Positions 1 through 8,690 of a DNA stretch of 64,000 nucleotides are shown piece after piece. Positions within the stretch are counted from its first letter, which is position 1. Each line of letters starts with the position of its first letter. The stretch lies in assembly GCA_039908345.1 (NCBI GenBank), contig JAMOBD010000008.1:6719-70718 (forward strand). The letters are read 5' to 3'. The notes under the pieces are model-generated. The model had not been told where the DNA came from and did no database searches. It saw only the letters and a program-made list of their open reading frames with translations. The translations under genes and the position numbers were made by a program. The DNA is from Magnetospirillum sp. WYHS-4 (GTDB lineage Bacteria > Pseudomonadota > Alphaproteobacteria > Rhodospirillales > GLO-3).

Positions 1-1
1 T

Positions 2-250
2 GTGGTCCCCGAACTGGCCGCCTATCTGGAACGGCATGCCGCCAAGGTTCGCACCCGCGTTTTCGCCCACATGGGCAAGAAGCCCATGGGCGGCAAGGCC
101 CTGCTGACGGCCTGCGCCGAGGAGAACGTCGATCTGCTGGTCATGGGCGCCCGGCGGGTAGCCCGCTGGCGCTGGCGGGACCTGTTGCTCGGCCATGCCA
201 CCGGGCAGGTGCTGCGGCACACCACGCTTCCCGTCTTGATGGGACACTGA
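2..250 (+). CDS. universal stress protein (UspA family), C-terminal part; 5' end lies outside the window
   Basis: The ORF is open to the window edge. The C-terminus DLLVMGA...LLLGHATGQVLRHTTLPVLMGH resembles the conserved UspA C-terminal nucleotide-binding region. Confidence 0.6.
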   Translation: MVPELAAYLERHAAKVRTRVFAHMGKKPMGGKALLTACAEENVDLLVMGARRVARWRWRDLLLGHATGQVLRHTTLPVLMGH

Positions 251-254
251 CGCG

Positions 255-1733
255 ATGGCTTCAGCGTGGCGGGCGGTCCTGGTCGCGCTGGCGTTGGCTG
301 CCTGCGCCGGGCCGGCGCCGCTTTATCCCCCCAAGCCGACGACGCCCCTTGAGCCCGTCGACTGGCTCTCGACCCTGGAAAGCCGGATTCCGCCCTTGAA
401 GCACGAGCGCGGCAGGCGCTGGCCCCTGGTCCTGTGGAACGGGCCCGGCTTCGAGCCCTTGCCACCCGAGACCATCGGCGGGCTTCTGGCCCGCGGCATC
501 GTGCCGCATATTCGTCTGGACGAAGCGTCGATTCCCGCCGCCAAGGCCTTGCAGGCCGCCGGCGCCCCCGTGATCGCCGTCGAGGGCAAGGGGGGCAACT
601 GGCCCTACAGCCTGGGCGGCGATCCCGAGACATGGGCGCACCGGTATCCGGAGGGCAAGAAGATCCCCGAGGAATGGCGAGCCATGCCATCCCCCATGAT
701 CTTCAAGGGGTGGGCGGTCGCCGAAGCGCAAATTCGCCAGACCTTGTCCCGCTTCAAGGACGCAGGCGTTGTCCTGGACGCCGCCTGGCTGGACTGGGAG
801 GTCGAGCCCCATGTCGCCAGCTTCAAGGCCGCCATCGAATCGCCGTCGTCGCGCGCCCTTCTGCCCGCGCCGGCTGCGGCCGATGGACACGCCTTCATGC
901 TCTTCCGCCATCACCTTTGGATGGGGCTGATGTCGGCCTATGTCGCCGCCCCCATCCGCGAAGCCAATCCCAAGGTCTCGGTGACCAACTGGATGGCGGT
1001 CCTGTCCTCGGAGGAACGCCCGGTGCCGACCTGGACCGCTCATGCCCTGCCCCCCACCGGGCCATCGCTGATGACCGCCACCAATCCCACCGCCTACGGG
1101 GTCGACCTCGCCTTCCTGACGGGCTGGGACGAGGACTGGCCGCTCGATCGCGACCATGTGGATCGGTTCTATATGCAGGTTCTGCTGCGCCAAGTTTCGG
1201 CCGACAGCCATAACCGGCGCCGGATAGCGCCCTATTTGGAGTCCCTGCCCTGGGTGGCGCGCTGGGTGCGGATCGCGGACGAAGAGCGCAAGCCCGGTGA
1301 TCCACCGTTGCCGATGGTGCCGGCAATGAGCCGCGAGGCCTATCGCGAAGCCCTTCGCCATCTCTGGCTGCGCGGCATCGACGGCATGCAGGTCTTCAAC
1401 TCGCCCACCACCTCGGACAACGAAAGCGCCATCGCCGAGGTGGAGGACGCTGCCGCCGTTTACGACGAGATGCTGGCCTTCCGGGAGTTCCTGGAACAAG
1501 GCGATGTCATGAACCTCGACCATCCCGATCCCGGCCAGGACGGTCCGATCTGGTCGGGCCTGCGGACACGGGATCGCGCGCTCCTGCGGGTCTTTCCCGG
1601 GGGTGGGGAGCGGTTCCTGGAAATCGAGGCCTGGCCAGGAGCGGAAGTGTCCGTTCCCCTGCCTCCCGAAGGCGCCACCTACCGACTGCGGCGCGCCCCG
1701 GAAGGCGGGATCGAGCTGGAGGCCGTCCGGTAG
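255..1733 (+). CDS. hypothetical lipoprotein (492 aa), function unknown
   Basis: Long ORF with host-like codon usage. The N-terminus MASAWRAVLVALALAAC has a lipobox-like LAAC. I recognise no family motif. Confidence 0.6.
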   Translation: MASAWRAVLVALALAACAGPAPLYPPKPTTPLEPVDWLSTLESRIPPLKHERGRRWPLVLWNGPGFEPLPPETIGGLLARGIVPHIRLDEASIPAAKALQAAGAPVIAVEGKGGNWPYSLGGDPETWAHRYPEGKKIPEEWRAMPSPMIFKGWAVAEAQIRQTLSRFKDAGVVLDAAWLDWEVEPHVASFKAAIESPSSRALLPAPAAADGHAFMLFRHHLWMGLMSAYVAAPIREANPKVSVTNWMAVLSSEERPVPTWTAHALPPTGPSLMTATNPTAYGVDLAFLTGWDEDWPLDRDHVDRFYMQVLLRQVSADSHNRRRIAPYLESLPWVARWVRIADEERKPGDPPLPMVPAMSREAYREALRHLWLRGIDGMQVFNSPTTSDNESAIAEVEDAAAVYDEMLAFREFLEQGDVMNLDHPDPGQDGPIWSGLRTRDRALLRVFPGGGERFLEIEAWPGAEVSVPLPPEGATYRLRRAPEGGIELEAVR

Positions 1734-1993
1734 CTCATACATGGCGTAATCGGTGAGTGGCTGCCCTCCATCTGGCGATGGGGTCGAGATAGAATCGCCC
1801 CAGGGCAAAAGCCACGGACCTAAATCCGGCGGTTAGGCCGTCACGACCGGTGTCCCGGCATGAATATGTCCTTAATATCGCACAATGGCATTTAATTCGT
1901 TACCATGAGCAATTAATACGCGATAAAGAACATGAGCGCCGCAAGCAGGTCATTCGGCTTTATCGCAAGGGCCACAAGGTCATGCCGAATCGT

Positions 1994-2177
1994 GGAGTTG
2001 TGCGGGAAGGACTGCTCCTGCTCATCGAGACGGATGAAGTGCGGCGCCACCAGATGGAGCGCCTGCGCCAGGACATCCAGGTCGGGCTGGATCAACTGGA
2101 GGCCGGACAGGGCATTCCTGCCGACGATGTATTCGCCGAGGCGGCGGCTTTCCTCGGGAATGCCGTTATCAAGGGGG
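1994..2177 (+). pseudogene. ParD-type (RHH) antitoxin fragment, C-terminal two thirds only
   Basis: The translation VVREGLLLLIETDEVRRHQMERLRQDIQVGLDQLEAGQGIPADDVFAE parallels the ParD C-terminal pattern (ASEIVREAVR...IRRLRQLWDEG...DFDAL). The RHH N-terminus is replaced by AT-rich DNA, and no ParE follows. Confidence 0.4.
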
Positions 2178-2204
2178 CATGCGGATGCGCTACGAGAGGG
2201 CGGA

Positions 2205-2573
2205 CACCCGGACTGGAAGGGCCTGCGCAGCATCGCCGCCGTCATCTGCGCCCGCACCGACAAGAAAACCGGACGGACGGCCAGCGAAACGCGGTTCTAC
2301 ATCGCCTCCCTGCCGCCCGAGGCCAAGCGCATTCTCGACACCAGCCGCACCCATTGGGGCATCGAGAACAATCTCCACTGGACCCTCGACGTCACCTTCC
2401 GCGAGGATGCCTGCCGATCCCGCAAGGACAATGCGCCCCTGAACCTCGCTCTCGTCCGCAAAATCGCCCTCAATCTCGTCAGGCAGGACAAGTCCTGCAA
2501 GCTCCCCCTCAAGCGCAAACGCCTCAAGGCCGCCCTCGAACCAGATTACAGGGCCGCCCTCATCGGCCGTTAA
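2205..2573 (+). mobile_element. ISAs1-family transposase fragment (C-terminal ~120 aa only)
   Basis: WKGLRSIAAV...ETRFYIASLPPEAKRILDTSRTHWGIENNLHWTLDVTFREDACRSRKDNAPLNLALVRKIALNLV matches the ISAs1 / H-repeat DDE C-terminus. The N-terminal ~250 aa are absent. Confidence 0.75.
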
Positions 2574-2653
2574 CGATTCATGGGTTCGCCCTGGGACTGA
2601 GGCTGGACAGCGTCGGGGAATTCTTCTATAAGGCGCCTCTCTCCGCAAGGAGC

Positions 2654-2729
2654 GCCTGGGTAGCTCAGTTGGTAGAGCACGTGACTGAAAATCACGGTGT
2701 CGCTGGTTCGATTCCGGCCCCAGGCACCA
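2654..2729 (+). tRNA. tRNA-Phe (anticodon GAA)
   Basis: Hand-folded cloverleaf. Acceptor gcctggg/cccaggc, anticodon stem cgtga/tcacg with loop CTGAAAA, T-arm gctgg-ttcgatt-ccggc, encoded CCA. Length 76 nt. Confidence 0.95.
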
Positions 2730-2743
2730 TCGAATTCAAGGGC

Positions 2744-2763
2744 CTAGCCGGGGGACCGGCTAG
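2744..2763 (+). terminator. hairpin just downstream of tRNA-Phe (possible terminator or processing structure)
   Basis: ctagccgg-ggga-ccggctag forms an 8-bp stem 15 nt after the tRNA 3' end. The following T-run is weak (cccggatttctc). Confidence 0.35.
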
Positions 2764-2915
2764 CCCGGATTTCTCACCAACCTGACAAAGGGGGTTCCTG
2801 AGGTGCGGTTTACGGAGGCGACTGTGGCGATGCCACGCGCCATCGTCCGGATGTTCCGGTTGGCTCTGGCCGATTGTGGTTCCTCTCCTGTTGACGATCT
2901 GGTTCCTGGAGCCGC

Positions 2916-3165
2916 TTACGCCGCGGCGGTGGATAGTCGGGCGTAGGCTTCGGCCCATTCGGCCTGCCAGGGGTAGCCGGAGGCCATGGCGATCCCGATG
3001 CGCCGCACGCTAGTTCCGACCAAGGCGCCGATCTTCAGGAGCTTGAGGCGGATGGTGCCGCAGGAGGCCTTGGGGAACTGGGTTCGGGCCAGGGCGATGC
3101 GCCGGAGCGCGGCCAGCAGCACATAGGCCATGGAGGCGAACCACAGGCGGAGCTGGCTGGCGCGA
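2916..3165 (-). mobile_element. IS1380-family transposase fragment (C-terminal ~80 aa only)
   Basis: The minus-strand translation ...RASQLRLWFASMAYVLLAALRRIALARTQFPKASCGTIRLKLLKIGALVGTSVRRIGIAMASGYPWQAEWAEAYARL matches the conserved IS1380 C-terminus. Similarity stops abruptly near 3165. Confidence 0.7.
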
Positions 3166-3466
3166 GGCCAAACAAAAACTCGGCGCCCGAACCCGGCTCT
3201 TCGAGCATATCCGCACCATCACCGCCTATCTCGTCTTCCCCTCGTGGGCCAGTCTCTTCCGCTCCATCCGAACCGGAGTCCCACCGCCACAGACCGCTTG
3301 ATCGACGGAAACCAACCCCCTCCTTTCCCCGCAACCCCAGAAACCGCCGCTCGACGCCATAATGAGAACTGCTGCACCCGCCCCGTTGCCTTGGAACGGC
3401 GGCGGGTGCATCCTATATGTCGAACGGGGAAAGTGCGGGGCCGTCAATCCTTTGCGGGGGTCGGCC

Positions 3467-4663
3467 ATGGATATCGAATTCGAAGCTGCGGTCGGCGATT
3501 CGCCCGAGGCCTTGTTGGCCGAATTGAGGGGCTGGCACGCCAAGCCGGGCGGCTATTCCACCTTGCTCCTGGTTTCTTTCGGCATGCTGCCGGTGGAAGG
3601 CGCTCCCCAGGATCTCTGGCTTGATCTCAAGAAGTCGCTTCTGGCCATCCGCAACCGTCATCGGGCGGGTCTCTACCATTTGGGCCTGGGCGAGAACGCC
3701 ATCCTGCTCCGGCTCACCGAGTTCAACCAGGTCGGCGTGCTGTCCGATCTGAAGATCGAGATCCTGCGCCTGATCCAGCAGTACTTCGCCGAACACTTCG
3801 GGCGCATCGACCAGGCGCGGCTGTTCCGCGTCGTGCCCTTGAAGACCAAGTTGAACAACGCCATCCACTTCCTGGAACGGTTCACCGGCCAGGAATCGGA
3901 AGCCAAGGCGGCCGCCGCTCCGGCCCGGCGCCTGGAGGACGATGACATCCGACGGGTCGAACAGGTGGCCGGCCAGATCGGCCCGCGGGCCTTCGCCAGG
4001 GCCTTCGTGCGCAGCCAGCGGGTGGTAACCATCGAACCTGGCGGTCAAGGCACCCCGGTGGTCACCGGGCGCGAATTCTTCGTCAGCATGGATGCCCTGA
4101 AAAAGGCTGTGTTTCCAGAAGTCGAACTGCGCGGTGCCGGGCATCGCTTCAACCAACTGACGGTGGCCCTCGACCGCCTCTTGCTGCAGGCCTTCGACGA
4201 GGTCAACCCGCAAGGCCTGCCGGCATCGATCAACATGAATGTGGAAACCGTCTTCACGCGCAGCTTCGAGACTTTCCTGCGCCAAACCCGCCAGAACCAC
4301 CTGGGCGGGATCGCCTTCGAGTTCCGCCAGGCGGACATCTTGCAAAACTTCGACGAATTCCTGCTGGCCCGCGACCTGATCGTGTCGCGAGGCGGGGAAA
4401 TATGCGTGGATGCGGTCTTCACCGAAACGGTGGGAATCGTCAACTTGGTGCGCCTGGGCATTCCCTGGGCCAAGATCTTCTGGCGGGCCGGGGCCGAACA
4501 GATGCTGATGATCCGCTACGAGGACGTGAAATACTTGCAGGAATACGGGGCCCGCTTCACGCTTTGCCGGGTCGACGAACCGGCGGCCATCGCCATCGGC
4601 CACGAAGTCGGCATCACCTCGTTTCAGGGCTTTCACATCGACAGCCTGCTTCCCCCGGCTTGA
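3467..4663 (+). CDS. orphan signalling-like protein: degenerate GGDEF-like N-terminal half plus EAL-like TIM-barrel C-terminal half lacking catalytic residues
   Basis: Start taken at the internal ATG (MDIEFEAAV). The C-terminal blocks line up with the EAL layout, but DDFG is DAVF, KID is KIF and AEGVE is CRVDE, while QG is kept (SFQGF). The N-terminal part has a GGDEF-like shape (LYHLGLGENAILL). Confidence 0.55.
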   Translation: MDIEFEAAVGDSPEALLAELRGWHAKPGGYSTLLLVSFGMLPVEGAPQDLWLDLKKSLLAIRNRHRAGLYHLGLGENAILLRLTEFNQVGVLSDLKIEILRLIQQYFAEHFGRIDQARLFRVVPLKTKLNNAIHFLERFTGQESEAKAAAAPARRLEDDDIRRVEQVAGQIGPRAFARAFVRSQRVVTIEPGGQGTPVVTGREFFVSMDALKKAVFPEVELRGAGHRFNQLTVALDRLLLQAFDEVNPQGLPASINMNVETVFTRSFETFLRQTRQNHLGGIAFEFRQADILQNFDEFLLARDLIVSRGGEICVDAVFTETVGIVNLVRLGIPWAKIFWRAGAEQMLMIRYEDVKYLQEYGARFTLCRVDEPAAIAIGHEVGITSFQGFHIDSLLPPA

Positions 4664-4712
4664 GAAATCGGGTAAGAGCCTGCGCTTCCATTCGAACGAG
4701 AGGAACCCGCCG

Positions 4713-5033
4713 ATGTCCGATTCCGTTATGGCTTCCCACATCTTGCTGATGTACCGGGGCTCCATGCGCTCCACCGCCTCCCGCACCAAGGAGGACGCCC
4801 TCGCCAAGATGGAGGAGATGAAGGTCGCCCTCGACAAGGGTGCCGACTTCGCCGACTTGGCACGGACCAATTCCGATTGTCCCTCGGGCGAGGAGGGCGG
4901 CAACCTGGGCCTGTTCGGCCGCGGCGAGATGGTCCCGGAATTCGAGGCGGCGGCTTTCGGCCTGCCTGTGGGGGGCGTCAGCGGTGTCTTCGAAACTTCC
5001 TTCGGCTACCACATCGTCAAGCGGACGAGATGA
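4713..5033 (+). CDS. ppiC: parvulin-type peptidyl-prolyl cis-trans isomerase
   Basis: 106 aa. ASHILL...DFADLAR..SDCPSGEEGGNLGLFGRGEMVPEFEAAAF...GVSGVFETSFGYHIVKR is the classic PpiC/Par10 pattern. An RBS gagagga lies upstream. Confidence 0.9.
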   Translation: MSDSVMASHILLMYRGSMRSTASRTKEDALAKMEEMKVALDKGADFADLARTNSDCPSGEEGGNLGLFGRGEMVPEFEAAAFGLPVGGVSGVFETSFGYHIVKRTR

Positions 5034-5797
5034 GCTTGTGGCGACCGGCAGCCACCGCCCTGGCGATCCTCCTTCTCGCCGGGCCGGCCCTGGCGGAGGA
5101 ATGTCCCAAGGGTAAGGTTCGGGGCGGGAAGGGCGAGTGGGTGCTGGCGCTGAGTTGGCAGCCTGCTTGGTGCGAGACCCAATCCGGCGACCGGCGGGCC
5201 CGCCCCGAGTGCCTTCTCGATTACCGCGGCACGGAGGGACTGACCCTTCACGGCCTCTGGCCCCAGTGGGGGGAATACTGCCAGTCCGACCTGTGCGGCC
5301 GGGACCGTTGTGCCCTGCCGCCGGTACCGGGCGTCGCATCTGAAGACCTCGTCTCCGTGATGCCGGGAGCCCTGTCTCGCCTCGATCGCCACGAATGGGC
5401 CAAGCACGGGACTTGCTCCGGCCTGGCGCCACGGGCCTACTTCCGAACGGCGACGGAATTGGTCCGGGCCGCAAGGGCCTCCCGCCTGGGACGGCTGCTG
5501 GGCGAGCGCATGGGCGCTCGCGTGAAGCGCGGAGAACTCTGCGATGCCTTCGGTCGCGACTTCGGCGAAGATCGTCGGGGGGCGCTGTCGTTCGACCTGG
5601 AGAAACGGGGCCGCGATCTTTATCTGGCGGAAGTCCGGGTCCGCATGGTCGGCGATGTTCCCGGCTGGGACAAGGCCTCCATTCCCGTCGGGCGCCAGGG
5701 TGATTGCATGCGTCCCGACGACCGGGAATTCCTCGTCGACAGGTCCGGTTTCCAGACCGGCCAGACACCTAACGAAGTACGTCCAATCTGCCGGTAA
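5030..5797 (+). CDS. secreted ribonuclease T2 family (RNase I-like)
   Basis: Signal peptide MSLWRPAATALAILLLAGPALA. CAS I motif TLHGLWPQ and CAS II motif EWAKHGTCSG. The start codon overlaps the ppiC stop (ATGA). Confidence 0.85.
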   Translation: MSLWRPAATALAILLLAGPALAEECPKGKVRGGKGEWVLALSWQPAWCETQSGDRRARPECLLDYRGTEGLTLHGLWPQWGEYCQSDLCGRDRCALPPVPGVASEDLVSVMPGALSRLDRHEWAKHGTCSGLAPRAYFRTATELVRAARASRLGRLLGERMGARVKRGELCDAFGRDFGEDRRGALSFDLEKRGRDLYLAEVRVRMVGDVPGWDKASIPVGRQGDCMRPDDREFLVDRSGFQTGQTPNEVRPICR

Positions 5798-6701
5798 GGG
5801 CGGCGTCGTCGTCCCAGGAGAGCGCAATGGTCAGCACCTCGACCCGCGCCCGCCAACCGGGCGGCAGCCGGACCGCATCCTTGGCGGTGGTGACCAACGG
5901 CAGGCCCCGGGCCGCCAGGGATTTCAGGTCCGCTTCCGTATAGGGATGGTGGTCGGGAAAGGGCCGGGCTTCCGCCAAGCGGCAGCCGAGGCCGCGCAGG
6001 GTGGCGAAAAACTTCTCCGGCCGTCCCAGGCCGGCAAAGGCCACCAGTTCGCGGCCGCGGAGTCCGGCCGCTTCCGGTCCCGGCGTCACGCAGGCCCGCA
6101 GCACCGGCAGGTTTCCGAAATCGAGCCCATGCCGGTTCTCGCCCACCAGTACCACGGCCTGCGCCCGTGCCAGGCCCTGGGCGACCGGTTCGCGAAGAGG
6201 ACCGGCCGGAAAGACACGGGCATTGCCGAAGCCCGCTTCCCCGTCCACCACCACCAGGGAGAAATCCTTGGCGAGGCTGGGATTTTGGAAGCCATCGTCC
6301 ATCACGAGAAATTTGGCCCCCGCCGCTACGGCCGCTCGCGCCCCGGCAACCCGATCGGCGGCAACCCAGGTGGGGGCTCGCTGGGCGAGCAGCAAAGGCT
6401 CGTCACCTACCCGATCCGGTCCATGGACCGCCGGATCGACCCTCAAAGGACCGGTCTCGCGGCCCCCGTAGCCGCGCGACAGGAAATGGACGTCGGGCAG
6501 CCGGCGAGCCAGATCGAGGGCGACCGGCGTCTTGCCGGCCCCACCCATCGTCAGGTTGCCGACGCAGACCACCGGCACCGGGGCGCTCCAAGGGGTGGCG
6601 AAGGCGAAGCGGGCCCGCAGCCCCAGACCGTAGAGGCTGCCCAGCGGCCCCAGCAGGGCGGCGAGCCTTCCGTCTTGCTGCCAGAAGTCAGGCGCCCGCA
6701 T
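5769..6701 (-). CDS. lpxK: tetraacyldisaccharide 4'-kinase
   Basis: P-loop VVCVGNLTMGGAGKTP and overall LpxK layout. It is the last gene of the msbA-waaA operon. Confidence 0.9.
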   Translation of the reverse strand: MRAPDFWQQDGRLAALLGPLGSLYGLGLRARFAFATPWSAPVPVVCVGNLTMGGAGKTPVALDLARRLPDVHFLSRGYGGRETGPLRVDPAVHGPDRVGDEPLLLAQRAPTWVAADRVAGARAAVAAGAKFLVMDDGFQNPSLAKDFSLVVVDGEAGFGNARVFPAGPLREPVAQGLARAQAVVLVGENRHGLDFGNLPVLRACVTPGPEAAGLRGRELVAFAGLGRPEKFFATLRGLGCRLAEARPFPDHHPYTEADLKSLAARGLPLVTTAKDAVRLPPGWRARVEVLTIALSWDDDAALTGRLDVLR

Positions 6702-7971
6702 GGCCGGGAGGCTCCAGGAAAGGCAAGAGGGCCTCCATCACCGCATCCAGGGCACCGGCCTCGGAATCGGCGAAGGCGCGGGCGGCCTCGCCGGCGCGAC
6801 GGCATGCCGCGGGATCGGCGAGCAGGCGGGCGACGGCCTCGACCAGGGCGCCTTCGTCTGCCGCTTCCCGTGAAGCGCCGGTCTCGGCCATGCGCCGGAT
6901 CATCTCGGCGAAGTTGCCCATGAAGGGGCCATGCAGCACGGCACAGCCTAGACGAGCCGGCTCCAGCGGGTTCTGTCCACCGCCCGGCGGCAGCAGGGAC
7001 TTGCCCATGGCGGCGATGCCGGCCAGGCGGTAGAACAGGCCCAGTTCGCCCATGGTGTCGGCCACATAGACGGCGGTTTCGGGGACGATGGCCTCGCCGG
7101 CCGAACGCTGGGCAACGGCCAGTCCCATCTCCTCCATGTCGGCCGCTACCTTGCCGCCCCGTTCGGCGTGGCGGGGCACGACAAGGGTCAGCAGGTCGGG
7201 AAAGCGTTCCGCAAGCCGCCGATGCACGCGGGCAACCAGGGCTTCCTCGCCCGGGTGGGTGCTGGCGGCCAGCCAGCGGGGCCGTCCGCCCAAGGCTTCC
7301 TCCAGCCGCTTCAGGTCGGCATCGGAACAGGGCAGCGGCAAGGCGGAGAACTTCAGATTGCCTCGGCATTCGGCCCGGCGGGCGCCCAGGGCGCGCAGGC
7401 GCTCGGCGTCGGTCTCGGTCTGGCCCAGGCAAAGGGCGAAACCGCCCAGCAGGCGACCGATGGACTCGGGGAACCAGCGCCACCGGGCGAAAGACCGGTC
7501 CGAGATCCGTCCGTTGACCAGCACCATGGGCACCTGCCGGGCGGCGATCTCGCAAAGCAGGTTAGGCCAGAATTCCGATTCCGCCCATAGCACCAAGCCG
7601 GGGCGCCAATGGTCGAGGAAGCTCTCCACATAAGGCAGAAGGTCGACCGGGACGAACTGATGGAAGGAGCCGGCCGGAAGGCGGTCCGCCATCAAGGCCG
7701 CCGAGGTCACGGTGCCGGTGGTGACCAGCACCGACGAACCCGGCCGGGCGGCCAGCAGCCGTTCCGCCAAGGGCACCACGGACAAGGCCTCGCCGACGCT
7801 GGCGGCATGGATCCAGGTCAGGAAGCCTTCGGGGCGAGGCCGGCCGGGCAGGCCCAGGCGCTCGCCGAAACGTTCGGAATCTTCCTTGCCGCGCGCCATG
7901 CGGGCCGCCAGATGGCGGCGAATGAGTGGCGTCGCGGCGGAGGTCAGCCAGCGGTAGGCCGTAAGCATCAT
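6688..7971 (-). CDS. waaA: 3-deoxy-D-manno-octulosonic acid (Kdo) transferase
   Basis: 427 aa from MMLTAYRW. WIHAASVGE motif and glycosyltransferase-N (Kdo) layout. It overlaps lpxK by 14 nt. Confidence 0.9.
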   Translation of the reverse strand: MMLTAYRWLTSAATPLIRRHLAARMARGKEDSERFGERLGLPGRPRPEGFLTWIHAASVGEALSVVPLAERLLAARPGSSVLVTTGTVTSAALMADRLPAGSFHQFVPVDLLPYVESFLDHWRPGLVLWAESEFWPNLLCEIAARQVPMVLVNGRISDRSFARWRWFPESIGRLLGGFALCLGQTETDAERLRALGARRAECRGNLKFSALPLPCSDADLKRLEEALGGRPRWLAASTHPGEEALVARVHRRLAERFPDLLTLVVPRHAERGGKVAADMEEMGLAVAQRSAGEAIVPETAVYVADTMGELGLFYRLAGIAAMGKSLLPPGGGQNPLEPARLGCAVLHGPFMGNFAEMIRRMAETGASREAADEGALVEAVARLLADPAACRRAGEAARAFADSEAGALDAVMEALLPFLEPPGHAGA

Positions 7972-8690
7972 GCCGAGCCCTCCCGTGTCCAAAGGCGGGC
8001 GTCGGGTTCCACGCTTGCCTTGCCGCAAAGGGCATCGGCTTCGGCGGTGATGGTGTTCAGCGCGGCCTCGATGGCCAGGCGCGCCTGTTCCTGGGTCGCC
8101 GCGTCGGCGTCGCGCGCCACCCGAATGGGTTCGCCCCAGACGAAAGTTCCGGCGGAAAAGGGGGCCGCCACCAGGAAGCGGTCCCAGGACCCCAGAAGCC
8201 GGCCCTTGGCGGCGGAGAAGGTGCAAGGGATGACGGCGGCGCCCGATAGGCGGGCCACGGCGACGATACCGTCGCTGGCCCGCATGCGCGGCCCGCGCGG
8301 ACCGTCGGGGGTGATGCCGACGCATTCGCCGCCCTTCAGCTTCTTCAGCATGGTGCGCAGCGCCTCCAGGCCCCCCTTGCTGGAGGAGCCGGCCACCGTA
8401 TGGATGCCGAAGTGGCTGACCGTGTGGGAAATCAGCCGCCCGTCGCGGTGCTGGGAAATCAGCATGTGGATGGGCTTCGTGCGGTCCCAGCAATAGGGCA
8501 TCATCAGGATGCGGCCGTGCCAGAAGCAAAGGATGAAGGGTTCGCCCCGGTCCCAGAAGGCGCGGGGGACCTCGCCCCGTACCACCCGCCAGCGACCGCC
8601 GGCATGGACAAAGCGGATGTACTGGGCGCCCAGCCAGCAGACGAAGCGCCGGAATCCCTCGCTTTTCAGGACCCGCTTGAGGAGGCTCAC
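7968..8690 (-). CDS. DUF374 lysophospholipid-acyltransferase-like protein
   Basis: 240 aa. ILCFWHGR...ISQHRDG...GITPDGPRGP pattern typical of the DUF374 protein found between msbA and waaA in alphaproteobacteria. It has 4-nt overlaps on both sides. Confidence 0.8.
   Translation of the reverse strand: MSLLKRVLKSEGFRRFVCWLGAQYIRFVHAGGRWRVVRGEVPRAFWDRGEPFILCFWHGRILMMPYCWDRTKPIHMLISQHRDGRLISHTVSHFGIHTVAGSSSKGGLEALRTMLKKLKGGECVGITPDGPRGPRMRASDGIVAVARLSGAAVIPCTFSAAKGRLLGSWDRFLVAAPFSAGTFVWGEPIRVARDADAATQEQARLAIEAALNTITAEADALCGKASVEPDARLWTREGSA

Noticed and set aside
1850-2785. A 311-aa ORF running from the AT-rich patch through the ISAs1 fragment and across tRNA-Phe.
   Set aside because: It reads through a tRNA gene. 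Only a short internal stretch (the ParD-like part) resembles any protein, and the remainder is out-of-frame junk rich in R, P and Q.
2654-3466. An att-type direct repeat of the tRNA-Phe 3' end that would delimit an integrated island.
   Set aside because: I did not spot a second copy of the ggttcgattccggcc...cca segment by eye anywhere nearby. This was not an exhaustive search, so the island boundary remains undefined.
5769-5797. Convergent 3' overlaps (RNase T2/lpxK 29 nt, rSAM/TPR 17 nt, ccdA/menA 4 nt, SNase/M48 abutting) as antisense regulatory devices.
   Set aside because: They are more simply explained by genome compaction and uncertainty in the last few codons. No associated structures were seen.
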